From Nitrospirales bacterium (lineage in GTDB: Bacteria; Nitrospirota; Nitrospiria; Nitrospirales; UBA8639): a stretch of 64,000 nt of DNA. The position numbers and the translations under genes were made by a program. A model generated the notes under the pieces. It did no database searches. It worked only from the letters and a program-made list of their open reading frames with translations, and was not told where the DNA came from. The first letter of the stretch is position 1, and each line of letters starts with the position of its first letter. This document shows positions 50,703 through 59,881 of this stretch, piece by piece. Location of the stretch: the NCBI GenBank assembly GCA_965223295.1, contig CBDCWC010000003.1, positions 96,001 to 160,000 of the forward strand. Reading direction: 5' to 3'.

Positions 50703-51653
50703 ATGGAATGGCTGAACTATCATCATCTACTCTATTTTTGGGTCGTTGCACGAGAAGGCAGTATCAAAAAAGCCTGTGAGGAGCTGCACATCACCCAACC
50801 CACCATCAGCAGTCAATTGCAAGCCTTGGAAGACGCCCTCGGGCACCAACTCTTCATCCGACGCCCTCGCCAGCTCGAGCTGACAGAAGCCGGCCAGGTT
50901 GTTTTTCGCTATGCAGAAGAGATTTTTTCGCTGGGGCAAGAAATGACACACGTACTGAAAGGGCAGTCATCTGACCGGCCTCTTCGGCTGAGAGTTGGTG
51001 TGATTGATTCCCTTCCGAAAATGATTGTCTATGAATTGCTCGAAGCAGCACTAAAAGCTGAGAAGCCAAATCATTTGATATGCGAAGAGGGCAAGCTCGA
51101 ACAGCTTCTTTCCGAGTTAGCCATCCACAAGTTGGACTTGGTTCTTTCCGATATGCCCATTCCTCCAACCATCCATATTCAAGCATACAATCATCTATTA
51201 GGAGAATCGGGAGTTCTTCTATTCGCGACACCTCACTTAGCTAAGACCTACCGCAAAAACTATCCGAAATCTTTGAACACCGCACCCTTATTACTTCCCA
51301 AACCCCATACGATTCTTCGGAAAGATGCCGAGAGTTGGTTGGCGCTGAATGAAATTCACCCCCACGTCGTAGGAGAGTTTGAGGACAGTGCTATGCAAAA
51401 GGCATTTGGACAGGCAGGACTGGGAATTTTTCCTGGGTCGGAAATCATGAAAGAAGAAATTTGTCGCCAATACCAAGTGGAGGTAGTTGGAGAAGTAGAA
51501 AACGTTATCCAACAATTCTATGCCCATACAGTAGACCGACGACTCAAACATCCCGCGATCGTGGCCATCTCTCAATTAGCGAAACATCGAACATTTGTAA
51601 AGAACAGAAAGAAAATTCTCAAAAAAGCAAACCGGACTCACCCGAAAGAGTGA
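50703..51653 (+). CDS. nhaR: Second NhaR-like LysR regulator
   Basis: LNYHHLLYFW.VAREGS, GEFEDSA..KAFG, RRLKHPAI.AI. Confidence 0.9.
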   Translation: MEWLNYHHLLYFWVVAREGSIKKACEELHITQPTISSQLQALEDALGHQLFIRRPRQLELTEAGQVVFRYAEEIFSLGQEMTHVLKGQSSDRPLRLRVGVIDSLPKMIVYELLEAALKAEKPNHLICEEGKLEQLLSELAIHKLDLVLSDMPIPPTIHIQAYNHLLGESGVLLFATPHLAKTYRKNYPKSLNTAPLLLPKPHTILRKDAESWLALNEIHPHVVGEFEDSAMQKAFGQAGLGIFPGSEIMKEEICRQYQVEVVGEVENVIQQFYAHTVDRRLKHPAIVAISQLAKHRTFVKNRKKILKKANRTHPKE

Positions 51654-51673
51654 GTCCGGTTCTTGTCGCTCGA

Positions 51674-51808
51674 TTATGCAGCGATTTTTTTCTTGAATGA
51701 GACTGAGCGGAAATTTTCTCTAGGCTCCTCTTGGAAGGAAGCCCATACAGCAGCACCCCACATTCCGCCCATTAATAATAACATGGCAATTGTCGCTTCA
51801 AATAACAT
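51674..51808 (-). CDS. 44-aa single-TM protein ending KKIAA
   Basis: SD AAAGGAGG before ATG 51808. One TM helix. Confidence 0.7.
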   Translation of the reverse strand: MLFEATIAMLLLMGGMWGAAVWASFQEEPRENFRSVSFKKKIAA

Positions 51809-51887
51809 GGCCGTTCCTCCTTTCGTTTTACAGTGTTTAGGTTGATGATCCCAGAACCTCACTGGTTGCCTGATTAATAGATTTCCC

Positions 51888-52328
51888 CTATCCTTGATTA
51901 CCGGTCCAAGTCACCGATTTACTTACACTTTCTTTACTTGAAAGCGACTGCTTCTCCCTCAAAGAGTCGAGACTCGCTAACCGGGAGGCTTGGGCACGAT
52001 GCCAGACGACTTTTTCCTGAAGAGTCTCTATCTTGTTGAGGTTTGCCCCCCGGAGAATCTTCAAGCCATCCCGTCGAACATGTTTCGGATCTAAATATGG
52101 TTTCTGGTCAAAACCTGCGACTTTCTGGTCAATTCGAGCCGTCTGTTCTTCTAAGCGCTGAAGGTCTTGCTCAAGCATTTGTGCATAGCTCAGATGGTCC
52201 TCCGCACTGAGAAGAGGCTTCTCAAATGGATCAACAGGCATGACTGAGTTCATAAGTGGCGTCGTAGAACATCCACTGAGTCCGACGAAGAAAAGCCCAA
52301 TGAGGATCAACATTTTCAATCTTTTCAT
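51888..52328 (-). CDS. Helical lipoprotein with PYLDPK motif
   Basis: Lipobox LSGC. PYLDPK..RR.G and WH motifs. Confidence 0.8.
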   Translation of the reverse strand: MKRLKMLILIGLFFVGLSGCSTTPLMNSVMPVDPFEKPLLSAEDHLSYAQMLEQDLQRLEEQTARIDQKVAGFDQKPYLDPKHVRRDGLKILRGANLNKIETLQEKVVWHRAQASRLASLDSLREKQSLSSKESVSKSVTWTGNQG

Positions 52329-52415
52329 CTTGCTCCTCCTTTCTAAAATTCTGTCTAGTTTCTTAAGTCCAGTTTTGTGTTTCTTGTACTACTCTTAACA
52401 TAACGATCAATTGCA

Positions 52416-52461
52416 AAATGACAAATTGATTTTATTTTCAAAATGGATAGAAAATTTCTAT
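52416..52461 (-). promoter_or_regulatory. LysR-type operator/promoter, site 3
   Basis: GACAAAT at the same offset as in sites 1 and 2. Palindromic ATAGAAAATTTCTAT at 52447-52461. Confidence 0.55.
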
Positions 52462-52595
52462 GAACTTCCAATCTGGACCTAGAGGGAGCAGGCTCACTCG
52501 CGCACAAATAAGAAGAAATGGGATGGGCTAGGCTGGGGGAACTATCTCGGCGTGAAAACTTATAAATTAAAACAACGAAAGATTTTCTTGAGGGC

Positions 52596-52636
52596 TTGAT
52601 TACCCTCGTATCATCGCAAGATACGAGGGTAATCAA
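52596..52636. terminator. Terminator hairpin after hsp20
   Basis: TTGATTACCCTCGTATC...GATACGAGGGTAATCAA perfect stem. Confidence 0.75.
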
Positions 52637-52660
52637 ATTCCGACTGGTCAGATAATTCGC

Positions 52661-53197
52661 TTAGCCGATTGTAATTTTTCGTACTGGAGGCTTGGCCTTA
52701 GGATCTTTCGCAATGATAATCGTGAGAACGCCATCCGAAAATTTGGCTTTAACGGTGTTTTCGTCAGCATCAGTGGGCAAAGACAGGATACGCTGAAATG
52801 ATCCGTAAGACCGCTCGATCCGATGATAATGTTTATCATGTTCTTCTTGTTCCTCACGTTTTTCTCCTCGGATGGTCAAGGTGCCATCAATCAACGTCAA
52901 ATCAATATCTTTCTCCTTGACCCCGGGAACCTCTACGGTAATTGTGTAGTCCTTCTGACTTTCCCCGATATCTACCTGCGGCATGAGCAGACTTCCCCAC
53001 CTTTTACGCTCCTGTTTGCGAACAGGCGAAAAAGGAAAGCCCTGAAACGCCCGATCAAACAATGTGTCAAGATCATGGTGCAATCGACTCAGAGGGTGTT
53101 CTCTTGATTGCAACGAATTGTGACCTTGACTCGTGTGTGATTGCTCCTCTTCTTTTTTAAACCAATTCCACGGTGTCAACAGATTTTTGAGTTCCAT
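52661..53197 (-). CDS. Hsp20 small heat-shock protein
   Basis: PWNWF N-terminus, P.VDI.E, ERSYGSFQR.LSLP, DGVL, I.I tail. Confidence 0.95.
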   Translation of the reverse strand: MELKNLLTPWNWFKKEEEQSHTSQGHNSLQSREHPLSRLHHDLDTLFDRAFQGFPFSPVRKQERKRWGSLLMPQVDIGESQKDYTITVEVPGVKEKDIDLTLIDGTLTIRGEKREEQEEHDKHYHRIERSYGSFQRILSLPTDADENTVKAKFSDGVLTIIIAKDPKAKPPVRKITIG

Positions 53198-53347
53198 AAT
53201 GGCAGCCTCCTTTCTTTTGGATTTATCGCCTGAATGTCCTGAGTCCCCTCTTCCTTGATCATTTATTTTTTAGGGGACACGAGCATTGTTCTACCTCTAG
53301 AGGTAAGCTCTTTTATGAAAAAATCAAGCTGTGAAGAAACACCTCTG

Positions 53348-53406
53348 ACATGGTACGTCGCAGAGACGAAATGTGGCCGTTGATATCCTCATTATTCAAC
53401 ACTCCC
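53348..53406. mobile_element. MITE family A, truncated end fragment
   Basis: Matches the end of copy 3 (ACGTCGCAGAGACGAAATGTGGCC...TTATTCA) and terminates TTCAACACTCCC. Confidence 0.7.
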
Positions 53407-53543
53407 AGCATCGAAATGTGCCGCTCTACTTCACAGCCCCCTCTTGACTTTTTTTCATTGGGAATTATTACAAAAAATCATGAAGAGAACAGAAGAACAG
53501 TTGAGAGACCCTGCAGACAACACGATGAAAGGAGGTGAATGCT

Positions 53544-53711
53544 ATGGGTGAATTTATGGAAGGGCTGATGGCCGTCATGGGGATCATGGCGGGCATGATG
53601 GTTGCCATCACCGCACTGTTGGACGGTAACGCTCCACGTAGCGGTCAAGGAGATGAGTCCCGTCATGCGCCCCGTACCATTCGCCCACAACAAGGACGGA
53701 TGGCTGCATAA
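53544..53711 (+). CDS. 55-aa Met-rich single-TM protein ending RMAA (absent from the ORF track)
   Basis: SD AAGGAGGTG. MGEFMEGLMAVMGIMAGMMVAITALLD...GRMAA*. Confidence 0.65.
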   Translation: MGEFMEGLMAVMGIMAGMMVAITALLDGNAPRSGQGDESRHAPRTIRPQQGRMAA

Positions 53712-53800
53712 GACGAAGACGCGGGGCCAGCGCACTCGCAATCTGTCCTCTCAATATTCTCCTATTCCTGGTCAAATCAACTTGAAAGGAGGAATTGATT

Positions 53801-54121
53801 ATGAAAAAGATTCTATTCGTTGCCACAATCGTCATGAGTGTTGTGTTGGTCAGCTCGCTGGCCCTTGGGAGCCCTGCCCTGCTCCCAAAACATCCAGGGT
53901 ACCCAATGGGTGAATTCAAAGATCCTGTTTCGGGAATGCCCACAGCCAATGACCCAGGACAATCAGTGCCTTCACCTGAAGAGGCGATACAATTGGCATC
54001 TCAGTTTCATGATGCCTATGTCGTCAATCAGGTAAAGGAATATCGTCCAAACATCGTGCACGACTTCATGGAGAGTGGAGAGGCAAACCAGACAAACACC
54101 TCTCAGGAAAGTGATAGCTAA
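53801..54121 (+). CDS. Small secreted hypothetical protein
   Basis: SD AAGGAGG, signal peptide, PALLPKHPGYPM...ANDPGQ. Confidence 0.75.
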   Translation: MKKILFVATIVMSVVLVSSLALGSPALLPKHPGYPMGEFKDPVSGMPTANDPGQSVPSPEEAIQLASQFHDAYVVNQVKEYRPNIVHDFMESGEANQTNTSQESDS

Positions 54122-54189
54122 GCATGGAGTCTGAAACGACCACAATCCACCTACTTATCAACAACTAACAGGAATAGGGGAACTCATGA

Positions 54190-54221
54190 AAGAGGGGATC
54201 GGATGATCCCCTCTTTTTTTT
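54190..54221 (+). terminator. Intrinsic terminator
   Basis: AAGAGGGGATC-GGAT-GATCCCCTCTT followed by a T-tract. Confidence 0.85.
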
Positions 54222-54362
54222 GCGCTCAAGACTTGACTCATGAATTTTTGAATTTATTTCTAAGCATAGAGAGGGTATATGAGTGAGACTTTTGGCACAT
54301 AATACGAAGCAAGCTTCAGACCTGAGGAATTCTCATTTCTTACAGAAAAGGAGGGAAAAGTT

Positions 54363-54824
54363 ATGCTGATTCGACGAGTAAAAAGTTGGCCTTTGGAACA
54401 CCAGCTGAATGGACTTTCAGATTTTGATCGGTTACGGCGTGACTTGAGTCAAATCCTCACAACCCCAGGAGGGCAAGTAGGGCTAGATTCACCGGCTGGC
54501 GTGTATCCTTTTCTCAATGTGACCCAGGATCAAGACAATTTCTATGTTCGATCAGAAATTCCGGGGATGACCTTAGATGAGTTAGACGTTTCTGTGACAG
54601 GACGAAATGTGACCATTTCTGGTGAAAGAACGATCCCATCTGAGGAGCAAGAAGTACGCTATCATCGACGGGAACGAGAAGCCGGAAAATTTCGACGGCA
54701 ATTTAACCTGCCCACAGATGTTGAAGCCGAAAAAGTTGAGGCGAAATATCGCCATGGCATGCTCATGATTGTGCTACCCAAAGCAGAAAGTGCAAAGCCG
54801 AGGAAAATCTCTATAAATGGCTGA
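54363..54824 (+). CDS. Hsp20 small heat-shock protein
   Basis: GVYP..N, E.PG, YHRRER..G.F.R...LP, G.L.I.LPK...KPRKI. Confidence 0.95.
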   Translation: MLIRRVKSWPLEHQLNGLSDFDRLRRDLSQILTTPGGQVGLDSPAGVYPFLNVTQDQDNFYVRSEIPGMTLDELDVSVTGRNVTISGERTIPSEEQEVRYHRREREAGKFRRQFNLPTDVEAEKVEAKYRHGMLMIVLPKAESAKPRKISING

Positions 54825-54878
54825 TGAAGAATTGAACAAGAGCAATATTTTTTTCATACGAAAGAAAGGAGAATAGTC

Positions 54879-55286
54879 ATGGCGGCAGCAACACAAGATA
54901 TTCAAGCTCGAGATAAGCAAGAAGTGCAATCCACGTCAGAACAAACCACACCCGGTCGAGTGTTTTCTCCACTTGTGGATATTTTTGAAGATGATCAGGC
55001 GTTAACAATTGTCGCCGATATGCCGGGAGTCCCATCAGATAATGTCAGCATTGACCTTCAAGAGGATATCCTCACACTCACAGGCGTTCCAACCTTGTCG
55101 GTTCCCGACAACGAGGAAGTCGTCGTGCAGGAGTTTGAAACAGGAAAATACTTTCGACAATTTACACTCTCTGAAGTCATTGATCAGCCAAATATTAAAG
55201 CCAACTTGAATCATGGGGTGCTTCGCGTCACACTTCCAAAAGTTGGCCCCGCCAAACCACGCAAGATTCAGATCACGGAAAACTAA
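54879..55286 (+). CDS. Hsp20 small heat-shock protein (tandem partner)
   Basis: P.VDIFE, ADMPGV, YFRQFTLS..ID, GVL..TLPK...KPRKI. Confidence 0.95.
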   Translation: MAAATQDIQARDKQEVQSTSEQTTPGRVFSPLVDIFEDDQALTIVADMPGVPSDNVSIDLQEDILTLTGVPTLSVPDNEEVVVQEFETGKYFRQFTLSEVIDQPNIKANLNHGVLRVTLPKVGPAKPRKIQITEN

Positions 55287-55297
55287 GTCTGGCGCAA

Positions 55298-55337
55298 AAA
55301 GAAACGGGAGCTGATTTCGATCAGCTCCCGTTTCTTT
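55298..55337. terminator. Bidirectional intrinsic terminator
   Basis: AAAGAAACGGGAGCTGAT-TTCG-ATCAGCTCCCGTTTCTTT. Confidence 0.85.
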
Positions 55338-55450
55338 ATTTTGGCCAATAGTATTCTCTACTCTCTATGTCTCTCGAAAGGCTTTATGATTTATCAAGTA
55401 TGTCATCTTACACATGGAACCCCGATTAAATATGGCTGAAAAGACAACAT

Positions 55451-55640
55451 GGGTTTGTTGAAAAAAGCCGTCAGCGGCGTTCTCGCCATTGTTCCGTGCT
55501 CACTACTGCCAGTATGCTCCGCACGAAAAAATAGCTACGGCCTTGCTGAACGGACTGTTTTGAACAGACCCGACGTTGTTGATCGCCAAGGGCTTCCTGA
55601 CGAAAGATGGCTTTTGATATCTTCACTATTCAACGCTCCT
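55451..55640. mobile_element. MITE family A, copy 7 (eroded)
   Basis: GGGTTTGTTGAA...TTCAACGCTCCT. Flanks AACAT/ATCTT match at only 3 of 5 positions. Confidence 0.75.
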
Positions 55641-55698
55641 ATCTTAGGCTTCATCGAACATTGTCAGAGAGATGGAATCTAAGTTTCTACAGTTGTCA

Positions 55699-57216
55699 CT
55701 ATATCTTCACAGTCAAGTAGAGCGCGCCTTTTCCACGATGAATAAAGATGAGGGCATCTTTTTCTTGTTCTAAGTGAGACACCACTTTCCTGAAGTCTTT
55801 CTCCGATCGAACCGGTTGACGATTAATTTCGGAAATCACATCGCCCTGAGCCAAGCCAGCTCGTTCAGCATCACTACCTGGCCTCACCTCCATCACCACA
55901 ACACCGTTGACCTCCTCAGTGATTCCTAACTGTTGAGCCATTCGTCCATCCAAATCCTGAACGGCCACACCAGCCAAGGGGCCATCATGATTCATTGAAT
56001 GAGTTCGTGCCACTCGTGTCGGCTGATCTTGTTCACGAATAACTGGATGAAGATTCACCTTTTTTCCTTCTCGCATGACAATCAGAGAAATTTCGTTTCC
56101 CACAACTGTCCCAATCACCTGGCCTTGTAACATCCGTGGATCATCTACAGTTTGACCTTCGTATTCCACAATCACATCGCCACGTTGAATCCCCGCTTGA
56201 TCGGCAGGGCTCCCGGGTATCACATTCGTCACTAAGGCTCCATGTGCATTCTCTAGATTGAATGACTCAGCTAAATCCGACGTCACGGCTTGAATCCCAA
56301 CTCCCAAGTAACCTCGAACTACCGATCCGGTCTTGACGAGACTGCCATAGATAGGTTTGGCCAATTTCGTAGGAACCGCAAACCCTACACCCTGATAGCC
56401 GCCTGTACGAGAGAAAATAGCCGTGTTGATCCCAACAAGTTCCCCTCGAGTATTGACTAAGGCTCCTCCGGAATTCCCTGGGTTAATTGCCGCATCCGTC
56501 TGGATAAAATCTTCGTATTGAGTAATCCCCATCCCGCCACGGCCTAACGCACTCACAATTCCCAAGGTAACCGTGGAATTCAACCCAAAAGGATTACCTA
56601 CTGCCAACACATACTCTCCCACTTTCAGACTGGATGAATCGCCCCATGGGACAAAGGGAAGATCAGAGGCTTCCAATTTAATCACTGCCAGATCGGTTTG
56701 CGGATCAAGCCCCACAACTGTTCCTTGAAATTCCCGTTTATCTGGCAGAGTCACCGTAATCTCTTCAGCATTCTCCACGACATGATTATTGGTTAGGACA
56801 TAGCCATCAGTTGAAACAATGACACCGGAACCAGCACCCTGTCGCTCCGGAAGAGGCATCTCCTTGTGACGAGGTGGATACTGAGGAGTGCCTGGCAACC
56901 CAAAGAACTCCCTCATGGGATCAAATGGCAAACCAGACATAGGAACAGCAGCTTGTTTGCTGACTGTGATATTCACCACTGCGGGTGTCACACGTTGAGC
57001 AATATCCGCAAATCCCCCTTTCTGAAAATACGGGGGATCCGTCGTGCTCATACTCTGATTGGCATGCGCACTATGAGCTAAGGTCGGAACTGAAGTATTC
57101 CAGGAACCAAACAACAAGGCCCCGACAAGAATACCTATCCCTGCCAAACCTAAACTTTTTTGCCATACTGGCCTCAAGTTCCATTGAGCGATAGATTCTT
57201 TTTCGTTCTGCTTCAT
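55699..57216 (-). CDS. Second DegQ/DegP serine protease
   Basis: TNNHV, DLAVIK, DAAINPGNSGG, two PDZ domains. SD AAGGAGG before ATG 57216. Confidence 0.95.
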   Translation of the reverse strand: MKQNEKESIAQWNLRPVWQKSLGLAGIGILVGALLFGSWNTSVPTLAHSAHANQSMSTTDPPYFQKGGFADIAQRVTPAVVNITVSKQAAVPMSGLPFDPMREFFGLPGTPQYPPRHKEMPLPERQGAGSGVIVSTDGYVLTNNHVVENAEEITVTLPDKREFQGTVVGLDPQTDLAVIKLEASDLPFVPWGDSSSLKVGEYVLAVGNPFGLNSTVTLGIVSALGRGGMGITQYEDFIQTDAAINPGNSGGALVNTRGELVGINTAIFSRTGGYQGVGFAVPTKLAKPIYGSLVKTGSVVRGYLGVGIQAVTSDLAESFNLENAHGALVTNVIPGSPADQAGIQRGDVIVEYEGQTVDDPRMLQGQVIGTVVGNEISLIVMREGKKVNLHPVIREQDQPTRVARTHSMNHDGPLAGVAVQDLDGRMAQQLGITEEVNGVVVMEVRPGSDAERAGLAQGDVISEINRQPVRSEKDFRKVVSHLEQEKDALIFIHRGKGALYLTVKI

Positions 57217-57476
57217 AGATATTCCTCCTTGATGAAAATTAGCTGACAGCATATCTTGTTCTTTCAAGAAGAATACCGCCTCTCTATGATATGCAGATTA
57301 AACACAGATTAAAAATTTTTAAGACTGGCGAAGAAAGATGAGAAGGTCTGGTGAATTACGCTAGCGGGAAGGGAGAGATTGCAGGCATGAGACGAGTAGA
57401 GAGCAGCCTGCTAAAGTCTGGCCACCAGAACATAGCTGAATGTTTCCTGGTGGCCGGGGTTCGAGTCTTAATCTTT

Positions 57477-58244
57477 TTACACGACACCAGAGTAGTATCG
57501 GATGACATCAGACACTGATACGACTCCGACAATTCGGCTACTTTCGGTGACAGCTAAATGTCGCGTACTTTTTTCTTTCATCAGACGGACGGCTTCAACA
57601 ATCGGATCACTCGTTTCGATGGTGACCAAGGGTTCCCGCATACAGGTCTTTACCGTGGTCGTTGAAGGATCGGCACCTAAGGCCACGACTTCATGCGTTA
57701 ACTCGGTCTCAGAAATCGATCCGATGTAGTCATCACCACTTTGGACTAGCAGCGACCCAATTTTCCATTTCTGCAAGGCTTGCCCAGCCTCCCGAAGCGT
57801 GGAATCGAGAGAGATAGCACGAACGGATTTTGCCATAAAATCGGAAACACGAGGTCCAGTCTTTTTTGGCCTTCGCGATTCCTTGGCCAACGAAGCCCGG
57901 CGAGCTTCCAAATCAGCAACCGCACTTTCCAGCACACGATGCCGTTGACGAATCGTTTCTCGTTGAGTCTGAGCATTGGCCCCTTCAGGCGCCTCATCCG
58001 TCAAATTCAGAAGGCCAGCCGCTTCGCCCACTTCAGCATATGCATAGGTATCTAAAATTGAGGAAGAACTTCCAAACACGTCGGCCAACAAATCCTCTGC
58101 TACCGTATCAAACTGGTCTAAGGTTTCTGCCGAGGGCTCATTCATTAAATGTTTTTTCAAGACATCCAACTGCTGACGCAAGCGTTGGATGTCCTGATCT
58201 AACGACTGGGCTCGATCAGGTTTCGTGGCCAACTGGGAATCCAT
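57477..58244 (-). CDS. CBS-domain protein with helical N-terminal domain
   Basis: C-terminal CBS pair (V.DFM, IGSLLV, RHLAV, GVVS..D). Confidence 0.85.
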   Translation of the reverse strand: MDSQLATKPDRAQSLDQDIQRLRQQLDVLKKHLMNEPSAETLDQFDTVAEDLLADVFGSSSSILDTYAYAEVGEAAGLLNLTDEAPEGANAQTQRETIRQRHRVLESAVADLEARRASLAKESRRPKKTGPRVSDFMAKSVRAISLDSTLREAGQALQKWKIGSLLVQSGDDYIGSISETELTHEVVALGADPSTTTVKTCMREPLVTIETSDPIVEAVRLMKEKSTRHLAVTESSRIVGVVSVSDVIRYYSGVV

Positions 58245-58374
58245 AAAGCCTCCTCTGCTGGAAAGATAAAAAGTTGTTTGATCCTAACCGACCCGAAAAA
58301 GTTGGGCAACCTACCATCAATAGTCGCTCCAATTCAGTACAACATGTTGGCATTTCTCAACCCATCTGACCCTG

Positions 58375-58412
58375 CCCCCTCACCTTTATCCTCTCCCCCA
58401 AGGAGCGAGAAG
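58375..58412. repeat. Degenerate REP-like palindrome (CCCTCACC..CCTCTCCC type)
   Basis: Left arm CCCCCTCACCTTTATCCTCTCCCC with an eroded purine-rich right arm. Confidence 0.35.
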
Positions 58413-58546
58413 ATAGGAGAACACCACGACAAGACTCTCCAGAGAGTATCAACGGAAGTTATCTGTGGTAATACGATAGACCCACTCAAGGGAACGAGTG
58501 CGATCGAGCTACGTCATAGAAGAAAACTAATAAACTCTATGGAGTG

Positions 58547-59881
58547 TTAGGGTTCCAATAAACCAGAGAGGAGTGTAGCAAGGCCCAAGAAGCTAAAAAA
58601 TCCCACGACATCGGTGACCGTCGTGAGAACAATCGAAGAAGATTGAGCAGGGTCCTGTTTCATGGCTTTTAACGCAATAGGAATAATGGCTCCGGATAAC
58701 CCTGCAATCACCATCGACACAACCATCGACAATCCGATAATAAGGGTTAGGCCCAACGAACGACTCCAAATCGCAACAGCAAGACAGGCCGTGGCAGAAA
58801 CCGCCAATCCATTCAAAAACGCCACGTATACTTCTTTCCCACTGACACGTAACCATTGAGAAGGTCGAATATCCCGCAACGCAAGCCCCCGAATCACAAC
58901 CGCTAAGGATTGCGCTCCCGTATTGCCGGATTGTCCAGCCACGACAGGGAGTAACACAGCCAGCGCGGTGAATTTCGCAATGGTGCCCTCAAACATTCCC
59001 ACGACAAACGCGGCGAAAAAAGCTGTGACCAAATTCAACTGCAACCACGGCAATCGCTTCCGAACCGAAAACCATACAGGGGACAACGCCCGCTCGTCCT
59101 TATTGGCTCCGACCATGGTCAACAAGTCGGCACTGGCATCTTCCTGACTTGCTTTAATAATATCTTCGTTCCGCACAACCCCTAACAGCCGATTATCCAG
59201 GTCAACCACGGGAATCGTGAAGAAATGGCGTTCACCGAATAGCTCAACAATTTCGTCACGAGGTTCTAGGGGATGGATGGTGGGCAAATCGGGACTCATG
59301 ACGGCTTGCAATTTTTCATCAGGGTCAACGAGCAACAAATCCCGCACGGAGAACTTCCCGACCAGTTTTTGATGGCGATCGATCACATAGACATCATGCA
59401 CATCCTTCTGAGCACGCGACCGCACATGCAGCATTGCATCGCGGACCGTGATTTCTTCCTGTAACACAAAAAATTTCGGATCCATGATGCTGCCAACTGA
59501 CTCTGGCGGATACGTCATATACGATCGAATTTCTTCGGCATACCGCTCCGGCACGCGAAATAAAATGGCGCGCTGGAGATCTTCATCCAACCGTTGAAAC
59601 AGCGTGGCCGCTAGCACAGGCGACATATGCGGAATCACTTGCTTGAGCATATCGGTGGGCATCAAGGAGAGAGCATCAGCCGCGATAGGTGGAGTAATAC
59701 TCGAGAGAAGATTGGCCGAATTTTTCGCGCTCGTTCCCTGCAAGACCCGCAAGATATCTGCAGCGGGATAGGCTTCTAATATTCGAGCCGCATCCTGATG
59801 ATGCTTATGAAAAAAAGCTTCATTTAAGATATGGGTTCCGCTTCGCCGAACTGCGGTCGTGTCAACGGCAGGGTTACTCAT
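58547..59881 (-). CDS. mgtE: Magnesium transporter MgtE
   Basis: MgtE_N, CBS pair, RLPWL, GNTGAQS, DPA..S...TTVTDV.GF. Confidence 0.93.
   Translation of the reverse strand: MSNPAVDTTAVRRSGTHILNEAFFHKHHQDAARILEAYPAADILRVLQGTSAKNSANLLSSITPPIAADALSLMPTDMLKQVIPHMSPVLAATLFQRLDEDLQRAILFRVPERYAEEIRSYMTYPPESVGSIMDPKFFVLQEEITVRDAMLHVRSRAQKDVHDVYVIDRHQKLVGKFSVRDLLLVDPDEKLQAVMSPDLPTIHPLEPRDEIVELFGERHFFTIPVVDLDNRLLGVVRNEDIIKASQEDASADLLTMVGANKDERALSPVWFSVRKRLPWLQLNLVTAFFAAFVVGMFEGTIAKFTALAVLLPVVAGQSGNTGAQSLAVVIRGLALRDIRPSQWLRVSGKEVYVAFLNGLAVSATACLAVAIWSRSLGLTLIIGLSMVVSMVIAGLSGAIIPIALKAMKQDPAQSSSIVLTTVTDVVGFFSFLGLATLLSGLLEP

Noticed and set aside
36960-54362. CIRCE, HAIR or ROSE elements at the hsp20 genes
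   Set aside because: No TTAGCACTC-N9-GAGTGCTAA, no CTTGAGT-N7-ACTCAAG and no SD-sequestering ROSE hairpin found.
4334-55682. ORFs at 4334, 20817, 35749, 35753, 36703, 36707, 47122, 47235, 53350 and 55449, and the N-terminal extension at 40689-40787
   Set aside because: They are translations of MITE sequence.
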